From Candidatus Woesearchaeota archaeon (GTDB lineage Archaea > Nanobdellota > Nanobdellia > Woesearchaeales > 21-14-0-10-32-9): DNA of 45,333 bases. The stretch lies in contig SKFY01000014.1 in assembly GCA_007117755.1 (NCBI GenBank), positions 1 to 45,333 of the forward strand, read 5' to 3'. The position numbers and the translations under genes are program-made. Of this stretch, positions 35,397-44,300 are shown one piece after another. The notes under the pieces are model-generated. The model did no database searches and had not been told where the DNA came from. It saw nothing but the letters and a program-made list of their open reading frames with translations. Every line of letters begins with the position of its first letter. The first letter of the stretch is position 1.

Positions 35397-35403
35397 GGGA
35401 TTA

Positions 35404-35643
35404 TCAACCCCCTACATGACAACAATAAGGACGATTAGGTTGACAACTATTATCACCATCAGGTAAATGAGCAGGTCCGCAGAATTCGGCTTGACACCTA
35501 CCTCCTAATCTGCTACAAGAAGCCGCGTCGTCCCAGCCATCCGCTGTGGTAAAGAATATATAAATCAGAGTTACCATAACTAACAGAGCTATTATTACAA
35601 CAACGACTGTAGTTATGGTTAATTCTGCTTTTTTATTTATCAT
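35404..35643 (-). CDS. small type IV pilin-like protein with a six-cysteine knob (candidate major subunit)
   Basis: 79 aa. MINKKA|ELTITTVVVVIIALLVMVTLIYIFF, then SCSRLGGRCQAEFCGPAHLPDGDNSCQPNRPYCCHVGG. Confidence 0.6.
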   Translation of the reverse strand: MINKKAELTITTVVVVIIALLVMVTLIYIFFTTADGWDDAASCSRLGGRCQAEFCGPAHLPDGDNSCQPNRPYCCHVGG

Positions 35644-35668
35644 ACTTTTGACAACTCACTTCTTTTTA

Positions 35669-35935
35669 TTATTGTGGTACACAACAAACTTCTCCATCAG
35701 GACATGAATAGCTAGGAGCTCTAACGTACGTAACATCTGGATTAGCTAGTGTTAATTCTTCACAACCTAGTTCTACTGGTTGACACTGAGCATCTCTTTC
35801 TAGAGAAACACATCTAGTTCCTTCGAAGACACTAGAACCTGCATTGAATACTAAAACTGCTAATATAACAAGTACTATCATAGCTAACGCCGCTGCTACG
35901 ACAACATTAAGACTTAATTCTGCTTTTTTAAACAT
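35669..35935 (-). CDS. small type IV pilin-like protein with a six-cysteine knob (candidate major subunit)
   Basis: 88 aa. MFKKA|ELSLNVVVAAALAMIVLVILAVLVF, then RCVSLERDAQCQPVELGCEELT...YSCPDGEVCCVPQ. GAGGTG lies 7 nt upstream of the ATG. Confidence 0.6.
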   Translation of the reverse strand: MFKKAELSLNVVVAAALAMIVLVILAVLVFNAGSSVFEGTRCVSLERDAQCQPVELGCEELTLANPDVTYVRAPSYSCPDGEVCCVPQ

Positions 35936-36011
35936 TATGACACCTCTTAGTTTACAAGGACTATTCTCATTTATAAATTTTTCTAAAAACCACGCCTAAA
36001 AAAAGTTTTTT

Positions 36012-36527
36012 TTATGTGCAGATTCTTATTTTAAAAAATACTACGACGTTGGTAAAACCTTCCCTTACGTTTTTAGGCGTGAATAATTCAAAACCTTGCC
36101 TGTTTTCAGCACATTCATTGGCTAAATAAGTTATTGTTCCAGAAGGACTTGTACGACTCACATTTATAAAGTATCTTAAGCCATACTCGTCAAAAGTATC
36201 ACCTACCATTTCTTTAAGAGTATCGTTAAAAAAAACACAAGCATCATAATAATCCCCGCATTCAAAAGTAGGCAGATCAAGTATACATTGTTCTAATACT
36301 TCACCCATATTTTTTTGTTTATCATTAGCGTCTTTACAAACAGTTTCGCTGTTAAAAAAAGCCGTTGCGAAATTCTCAATTAATTGACGTTCAGCAAAGG
36401 AATCATCGGGAGCCACCGATGAATCAGAAGAGTCTAATAAGAATACTAGTACGAAAAATAAAACTAGTGTTATTAATATAACTATTATTAACAAACCTAC
36501 TATTTCCATCTGGCTTTTTTTTCTCAT
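36012..36527 (-). CDS. type IV pilin-like (class III signal) protein, minor-pilin candidate
   Basis: MRKKS|QMEIVGLLIIVILITLVLFFVLVFLL. Its ATG overlaps the upstream stop (ATGA). Confidence 0.55.
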   Translation of the reverse strand: MRKKSQMEIVGLLIIVILITLVLFFVLVFLLDSSDSSVAPDDSFAERQLIENFATAFFNSETVCKDANDKQKNMGEVLEQCILDLPTFECGDYYDACVFFNDTLKEMVGDTFDEYGLRYFINVSRTSPSGTITYLANECAENRQGFELFTPKNVREGFTNVVVFFKIRICT

Positions 36528-37003
36528 TGAACACTAACCTCTAATATTGCAAAATAAGTTTTTTTATCTACGGGATGATAAACATTAATTGGATAAAAAG
36601 TTCTTTCTATACGCCTATTTTCTTGTAAATTATCAAAGAAGTTTATTGATTCATTGATTTGAAGAGTGGTGTTTAAATCATCATATATTATCAATGTTAA
36701 GTTAACATTGCCCATTCTTCTTATGTAATAAGGGTCGTCTTGTAAATTCTTAAAAGCTTTAACTTTAAAATAATCAAAGCATTTGTAACCTATAGTAGCT
36801 ACTTCACTTGTACAAGTGAATTCTTCCATGTTAGATATTCTTAAACTGGTGCTTAAAATGTCTAGATCAGACTCGTCTTCTAGTAAAGATTGTGTCTGGG
36901 TAGTTCTGAAATTGGATAAATAAACTAATCCTATGATTATTAAAATCATTACTATTATAACTACGGTTATTGATTCCCCGCTTTGAATTTGTGCTTTTTT
37001 CAT
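36524..37003 (-). CDS. type IV pilin-like (class III signal) protein, minor-pilin candidate
   Basis: MKKA|QIQSGESITVVIIVMILIIIGLVYL; 159 aa. Confidence 0.55.
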   Translation of the reverse strand: MKKAQIQSGESITVVIIVMILIIIGLVYLSNFRTTQTQSLLEDESDLDILSTSLRISNMEEFTCTSEVATIGYKCFDYFKVKAFKNLQDDPYYIRRMGNVNLTLIIYDDLNTTLQINESINFFDNLQENRRIERTFYPINVYHPVDKKTYFAILEVSVQ

Positions 37004-37027
37004 TATTAACTAATCCTTATTTGTTTT

Positions 37028-37876
37028 TTAATATATTCTTGGAAGATTACGGTTTCTTAAAAGATCATTAACCGAAGCCAATTCATTCCTATTAGCAGGA
37101 CTCGGTATTTCTTCTTCTTCAAATATAGGTAGTACTTGGTGATAAAAAGTTATGCTTACCGATTCGTTTAATTCGTAAGTCCTATTGTAATAAACTTTAT
37201 TTATAGCCCTAGTTCTTTCCTGTATTTTATCCATTGTGCAATTAAATAAATCTTCATCACCAGTTATTATAAAACCCATTTTTAAAACATCAATATCAAT
37301 ACCTTCATATTCAACTCCATTAACAACCAAATCATCACCTGTTACGTCTATGTTTATAACATCTCTAAAACCAGGAGGAACATAATTTAACGACTTGGAT
37401 ATTTCACCCGGGAACAAATCAAAATAATACTTTGCATCATTTGAAAAGTTATAATGCGTCATGTTATCAACTAAAAAAGTCACTCTCCCCACAGGATAAG
37501 GCACATTTAAAACAGTAGACCAACTTATTAATCTAGACTCCCCCACCCTAGGAGGAGAAAACAATAAGTCTTGTTCTAAATGAACACTACCCACACTATT
37601 TTCTAAAGAAAACCTATGACCATCAATACCACAAGAAAATATGAGTAAACGATTAAAAGGAGTCGTGGATATCCTAACACTATCCACACTAGACTCGTAA
37701 GAACTCAGAACAATACTCATTCTTTCCATCACAGTCCTTCCTAATTGATCAGAAGTAGCATCAGTTTCGAAACTAATGACGTTATAAAACAATACTAATA
37801 TCGCAGCTCCAGCTACTAATACGAACACCCAATTAAAAGATATTTCTATTTGAGCTTTATTAAACATGAAAACCAT
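37028..37876 (-). CDS. type IV pilin-like (class III signal) protein, minor-pilin candidate
   Basis: MVFMFNKA|QIEISFNWVFVLVAGAAILVLFY. AGGTGAAGG lies upstream of ATG 37876. An alternative ATG is at 37867. Confidence 0.55.
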   Translation of the reverse strand: MVFMFNKAQIEISFNWVFVLVAGAAILVLFYNVISFETDATSDQLGRTVMERMSIVLSSYESSVDSVRISTTPFNRLLIFSCGIDGHRFSLENSVGSVHLEQDLLFSPPRVGESRLISWSTVLNVPYPVGRVTFLVDNMTHYNFSNDAKYYFDLFPGEISKSLNYVPPGFRDVINIDVTGDDLVVNGVEYEGIDIDVLKMGFIITGDEDLFNCTMDKIQERTRAINKVYYNRTYELNESVSITFYHQVLPIFEEEEIPSPANRNELASVNDLLRNRNLPRIY

Positions 37877-37912
37877 TATAAAACCTTCACCTTAAAAAAT
37901 TTTTTTTATTAA

Positions 37913-38383
37913 TTATTCATCAACACTAATCACGACTTCTCCACGATGACCAAGCATGACAAAAGATATGCTACCCACAGAGGATTCTGCACAAGTAATA
38001 TTTTGCCCAGCATATAAATTATCAAATCGTAACGCGTCAATTAAAATGTTATCATCAAATAAGAATATGTTATTATGATCATCAAGACTTAACTCAGTCC
38101 CTATTATATCAGTCGCAGCAAGATCATGCGCCCCGCCTTCATCGTTATTTGCGAAACAAACACTACTTATATAATTAGATCTGTACTCAACATCCCTAAC
38201 ACTACCATGACTAGTAGTCCTAGACAAATCCCTTAATAAGTCAGATTTTAAACGAACCAGTTCGACTTCTTCACCCCTATCTAAAATATTAATAATACTC
38301 CTATAACCAACTAATAATAAAGCACCAACTACTAATATAACCATTAAATAAATAAAAACTTGTTGAACTTGTGATTTTCTCAT
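37913..38383 (-). CDS. type IV pilin-like (class III signal) protein, minor-pilin candidate
   Basis: MRKS|QVQQVFIYLMVILVVGALLLVGY. It starts 1 nt after the stop of the giant gene. Confidence 0.55.
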   Translation of the reverse strand: MRKSQVQQVFIYLMVILVVGALLLVGYRSIINILDRGEEVELVRLKSDLLRDLSRTTSHGSVRDVEYRSNYISSVCFANNDEGGAHDLAATDIIGTELSLDDHNNIFLFDDNILIDALRFDNLYAGQNITCAESSVGSISFVMLGHRGEVVISVDE

Positions 38384-38384
38384 T

Positions 38385-41300
38385 TTATATCTTTTTTAGT
38401 TTGTCAAAAATCTCATCTTGAGATAAAGATTCGAATTCATCAGATTTTTTATCAGAATCAGATTTTTTAGAGGTTTTGCTTTTGTCAGAGTCAGATTTGG
38501 ATTCAGTCTTTTTTTCTTGTTTTTTAGTTTGAGAAGAAGACGAAGAGGATGAAGAGGCTGAAGAAGTTGAAGATGATGAAGACGAGCTTGTTTTTTTAGA
38601 CGAATCACTAGACTGAGATTCAGAACTTGATTTAGAGCCAGACGTGGTTTTATCACTAGATTGTTGTTTCTTAGCAGACGAGCTTGTTTTTTTATCTTTA
38701 GATTCGAACTCTTTGAACAATTTCTTTCTCGTGTCTAATCTGTTTTTTAAAGCCATTTTAGCTTTTCTTTCTCTTTCTTCAGTCACACTAATATCTTCTA
38801 CTTTTTCAAGTTGCACCTTGTTAGGAGATTCTTCAAATTCTTCTATATTCTTATTAAGACCAGGAGATGAATTAATACTACCCCCCCTACTTCCTCCTTT
38901 TTTTTGCTTATTATAATAATCAAATATTATCAATCCTAAGCCTATTAAGAAGCTTATTAAAGCTAACACCCACATAAGTTTAGAATCTCTTTCAGTGACA
39001 TCTTCAACAATAGTGTCTTGTCTAGGCGTTGTACAAATATTGTTTTCACAATAACCAGTTATACAGTCACTGTGCTGTTGACATTTCTGATCCACGTTAC
39101 AAGGTTCACAAGGACCTCCACAATCTATATCAGACTCACCCTGATTCTTAATACCATCAAAGCAAGAAGCAGCAGCACAAATACCATCTTCACAGTTCAA
39201 GCTTTCACAGTCACTATCCACAAAGCAAGACCTGCCCTCTGTACAAGCTACGCAGTTAGGTCCTCCACAATCTATATCAGACTCACCCTGATTCTTAATA
39301 CCATCAAAGCAAGAAGCAGCAGCACAAATACCTTGAGGATTACAATAGCCAGAGTCACAATCTTCATCAGCTGTACAAGTATTGCCTGTGCTACAAGGTT
39401 CACAAGGACCTCCACAATCTATGCCTGTTTCTCCAAGGTCCGCATCCATTCTATTGTTGAAACAATGTGGAGGATATTCGAAAGTTACGATTTCTGAATT
39501 ATTAAATTCGTTATTGTTTTTGTCTTGTACAGAGTAACAAACCCTAGCAGTGCTGCTTAGTGTGAAGAATCCTGTATTAGCCATTATGTTCTTATCAAAA
39601 GTACATTCTTCGTCTAAATCTTTATGGATGCTATACCTGGCTTGTTCATCACAACCACTGTGATCATCATGACACATAACACTTATTTCATAGGTTCCGT
39701 CCGCTCTCAAGTTTTTATCAAGTCTTCCAAGAGGAGGTGTGAAGTCACATCTTATATTTTCTGGTTCTAATACTCTGGAGAATCTTTGACTCCAGTCGCC
39801 GTAGTTGCCAGCTTTATCAACGGCTCTGACTATTATTTGAACTTCTTCTCCAATTATAGATTCTCTGTCGAAGACAAGTCTGTCAATTGGTACATTAGCA
39901 GACCTTGATGAAGTGGTACGATTATAAAATACTGACTCGTTATACTCGTTATCGTAAACAGCTACGCTATATTCGTAATGGTCAATTCCTGAAATCCTAT
40001 CTTCAGCTCTGAAACTAAAGCTTATGGTATCTCCACAAATATTGTCATCTAGTGTTATGTTTACTTCTGAAGGTTTGGAAGTGTCTCTTAAAACGTTTCT
40101 AGCAACTACGTTATCAAATTGCGCGTTTTCACAATAAGCTCTTATTGTGTGTCTTCCTAATTCAAAGTTTTCTTGAGCTGTGTAAACATTAATACCCTCT
40201 ACATAGCTAGGATCGTCAAATCTTACGAATGAATCCGGAGTGTTGTTATTAATAGAATAGTAACAAGTATCTCTTAGTACTGTTTCCAGAATTATTTCTT
40301 GAGATTCTTCGTTGAAGTGAGTAGGTGGAGCTACTATTCTGATTACTTGATCCTCACTCATATCAGATGTTAAAGTCGCAGTCCTAGAATTTTCTAAGCC
40401 CGCAAGGTTAGTACACGTAACGGTTATGTCAAAATCTCTAGTTTCTGGTATTATTTCTGAGAATACGTTTTCTTCGTCGTAAGTAGTGCTGAAGTCAGTT
40501 AAGTATGATGGTTGTGACTGCGCACTTCTTTGGAATCCACCTTCTAACAATCCTTCAACTTCTAGCTGTAAACTATTCAAAGTACAGTAACTAGGAATAT
40601 TAGTCTCTACAATTGTTTCAAAGCTTTTCCTATTAGTATCAGTTACTGTTTCAGGATCGAATTCTAAAGTATCAATGCTTGGAGGATTAGGGTATGAACC
40701 AACAGCAATGCTAGCGTAGTGATGCCAGTTAATACTTTCTTCATAACACACTATGTTAAGAGCGTATGTTCTTTCCTCGCTTAGTTCTCCAAGTGAGAAG
40801 TTTGTAGCTGTGTGTATTCTTCCATTAGGTGTGAATTCATTAGAGTAATCTGCGTATAATTGTGAAGGCGCTCTGTTTTGAGTGTTACCTAAGCTATATT
40901 TACAATGTACGTCTTCTCTTTCTGTTTCTATAACAATATCATAACTGGACTCTTCACTAAATGCGAAGTTAGGATTTTCTATAGGTGTAGTTAAAGGCTC
41001 TAACACTACTACTTCTAAAGTATCCATACCTGCTCTTTCTACACAGAATTGATCATTAGGATCTCTTAAAGTGACTGTTCTGTCAACAATATTTCCTTTG
41101 TTGCCAGATTCAGATACAGCTCTTACTAATATGGTTAAGTCTGTTTCATGATAATCAAGGCCGCCGTATAATTCATTAAGATCGACACTTAACACTCCTT
41201 GTTCTCCTTCTACGATTTCATCTCTTAAAACATTGTTATTCGCCCCTGTTAAAACATATTCGTAGTGAGAAATTTCTGAGTATAAAGATTCGGCTTCGAA

Positions 41301-44300
41301 AGTCATGTCTAACACTTCAGTACATACATCATCCTGAACCCTTATGAATGTGTCATAAGGAGGTTGGTTATCAACTAGTACTGTTTGACTTATAACATTA
41401 GGATCTCTTTCACACATAGCATATACAGTGTTATAACCTGATTCTAATTGTAAGCGAGTAAAGTATAAGTGTTCTTCCATATCAACACTGGACAAGTCTA
41501 TTACTTCTTCACTTCCAGAGTCCATACCTGAGAATAGAGTTTCTGCTAATTGTTCTATGTTGAAATAATGCTCTAGATAATCTTCGAATTCTTGGAAATT
41601 ATTAGTATCTCCTATAGAGTATAAACAATTATCTTCAACAGTGGCTTGTAATAATAATGGAACTACATCACTTGTTGAAAATTCAGATACTAATATGTCA
41701 AAGCTTTGAGTCGTAGTCATGTCAGTTCTTAAATTTTTAACTACTGAACTTGTTAAGCCACTTAAGGATTCACAAGTTAAATTAATAGGGAACTCTCTAG
41801 GCGTGGTTAAAGGATCTTCAAATCTCTTACTTAATTCTTCATATTCTGTTCTGTAATCATCTAAGTTTATAGGTGTGAAAGAAGGATTTCTTATGAAACC
41901 ACCCATGGTTAATTGTTCTAATTCTTCACTTTCAAATCTACAAATAGTAGGTATGTCTGAGTAAGCAAATAAGTTATAACTTCTTCCTATACCATCTTTT
42001 ATTAATTCTGGAACGAGGAATAATTCTATTTCTGGTTCGTCAGGGTAAAACCCTGTTCTTATAGTATCTCCTTTGTATTGTCCGAATTCATCAGTACAAA
42101 TAATTGTTAAGTCATAAATTTGATTAACACCTTCAAGTCCTAAGCTTAAATCTTCTAATACGAAGAGTACATCACTGACTTTTTCTAAAGTGTTTAAAGG
42201 ATGGTTTCTGAATTCTCTTTCGAACTCATCTTCAGATAAGGATAAGAAGTTATACCTACATTCCTCTACAGGTCTGTGAGTTCTTATTTTTATATCAAAT
42301 ACTTCTTCATGACTAAATGCTAAATCAGTTATGCCGTAAGGATTTCTAGGCTCTTCTACTTTTATATCTAAATAATCGTAACCTAATTCTTCTAAGCATG
42401 TTTGAGACGCCGCTGGGTGTATGAATATTTCATCACTCACTCTTTGTCCTTTGTTGCCTAATTTGTCTATTGCTGAAGCAAATGCTTGGATTGTGAATCC
42501 TTCGTAAACTTTTCTGTTACCAGCTGTGTTAAATAGTTCTAAAACGTCTATATCTGTTTGTTGTGTGAATCCACTTCTTACTATTTCGTTGTTGTCTGTA
42601 TGAGTGGCTATTATTTCATATTCATAATTTTCTATACCTACTCCTTCATCGAAGGCGTTTAGTAATTCTAACTGTATGTTGTTTAAACAGTTGTCTTTTA
42701 AATTCACTTCTAAACCTACAGGTCCTTGGTCATCACGATAAGCCCATGTTGTTATGGTTTCTTCATCGTCACACCAAGCACTTATTGTATTGTTACCTCT
42801 TTGTATGTTGAAGTTTGCTGAATAAACAAGGTCTTCTCCTAATACTAATTGTTTTTCTACTCCCCCTGTTTGGGCTCTACAACTCATGTCATCTCTGAAG
42901 CCTCTGATTTTTACGTCTACATTATCTTGTTTTGTGTAATGCCCGCTTTGCAAGTCTCCTATGAATGTGTAATTAGTGTTGAGAGTCATGTCTGTAGATA
43001 CAACTGCTCTTTCTGTTGAGTGAAGACCGCTTAAAGAGTAACAAGTAATGTCAATATTGAATAATCTGTTACTTGGTATGTATTCTTCAAAGACATTATT
43101 TTCTTCATATAAAGTGTTGTAGTTTTCAACACTTGTTGTTATTAAATAAGCGTTGTTGAAATCACTTCTTAATTCATTAGCTAATAAAGCATCAGGTTCT
43201 GCGAAACAATAACTAGGGATGTCTGTTTCAGTTGACACCTTAAAGCTTCTAATAAGGCCACTAGTTATAGGTGAAGGAATAATTTCTACGTTCATAGTAG
43301 GTTCTTCATAGGCGCCTACCAATATTTTTTCTCCGAAGAATAAGTCTATGAATTCTGTTGATTCTCTACATATTATGAATAATTCTTCAGCATCTCCTAC
43401 GAATAATTCTTGTACGGAGTGTTGTAATCCGTTAATTGATTCTAGAACTTGCTGACTATAAGTTCCGTAAGTAAAGGATAAGTTTCTGCCAAATCCTTCA
43501 AAGCCATATCTACAATCTACGCTCCTATCAGTTCTTAGTGTTAAATCAATAGATTCGTCAGGGCTGAAAGCGTTAAGTTCTTCTACGTATTCATTAGTAG
43601 GGTTTAAAATTTCTATGTTTAAGCTGTCTAGTTGTCTTTGTCTTAAACAATAATCAGAATTGACTTCTTGTACTAAGAAATCAGTAGATAAAGAATCTCC
43701 TTTATTGCCTAATTTGTCAACGTTACGAGCTTCAACTCTTAAAACACCACCTTCTAGGCTAGCTCTGTTGCTTAAGCCTAGTTTTTCTAAGGCGCTAAAT
43801 TCTGAAGTTGTAAAGCCTTTAGCAGAGTGAGAGTTAGATCCATAAGTAAATGTTAAGTCGTATTCGTAATGTTCAAATCCTATACCTGTATCTATTCCTC
43901 CACGGAATTCGACAGTTATATCATTTACACAATCATCAAATATATTCGCGTCAATACCTGTTGGTCCTCTATCGTCTTTGTAAACCCAGGTGTTAATATT
44001 ATTACCGTTACAAATTACGTCTACAGAGTAATTTCCATAATTGTTAAAGTTAAATGCTGAAGAGTAAATTCTTAAGTTATTATTGACTGATTCTGATAAT
44101 GTGCCTGTGCTTTCACCATTAACTGTGTAAGAACAAGACATTCCCGGAACTAAAGATTCTACAACGATGTCTAAGTCGTCTGTGAAGAATACTTCTGAAG
44201 AGCTTGATGCGAACCAGAAATCAGTAGTGTCTGTCATGTTAGATATTAATAATGTGCTTGCTGTAGAGCTCTGACTTGATAAAGAGTAACACGTTACGCT

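Larger units (their letters stand above)
39033..39464 (-). repeat. three Cys-rich repeats (C.DG..N.GE..IDCGG.C..C......C....DC.S..C....IC)
   Basis: aa ~1941-2084 of the visible protein: CFNNRMDADLGETGIDCGGPCEPC..., then twice SCFDGIKNQGESDIDCGGP(N)C..C... Confidence 0.8.

Noticed and set aside
38396-38656. 86-aa minus-strand ORF in an alternative frame of the giant gene tail
   Set aside because: It is a frame-shifted reading of the Ser/Lys low-complexity region. It has no independent RBS, and the main frame is continuous with the TM helix.
38913-38978. C-terminal TM helix of the giant protein as a PGF-CTERM/archaeosortase sorting signal
   Set aside because: No PGF-like tripeptide precedes the helix. 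The helix is followed by ~175 further residues rather than a short basic stub.
39018-39497. 159-aa plus-strand ORF antisense to the Cys-rich part of the giant gene. Similar plus-strand ORFs occur at 38644-38916, 43869-44060, 33049-33384, 34656-35024, 35272-35466, 30676-30927, 29796-30020 and 28064-28282.
   Set aside because: All lie entirely inside much longer minus-strand ORFs that have recognisable domains. Their translations are low-complexity (R/T/I/S or L/F-rich) shadows with no start context.
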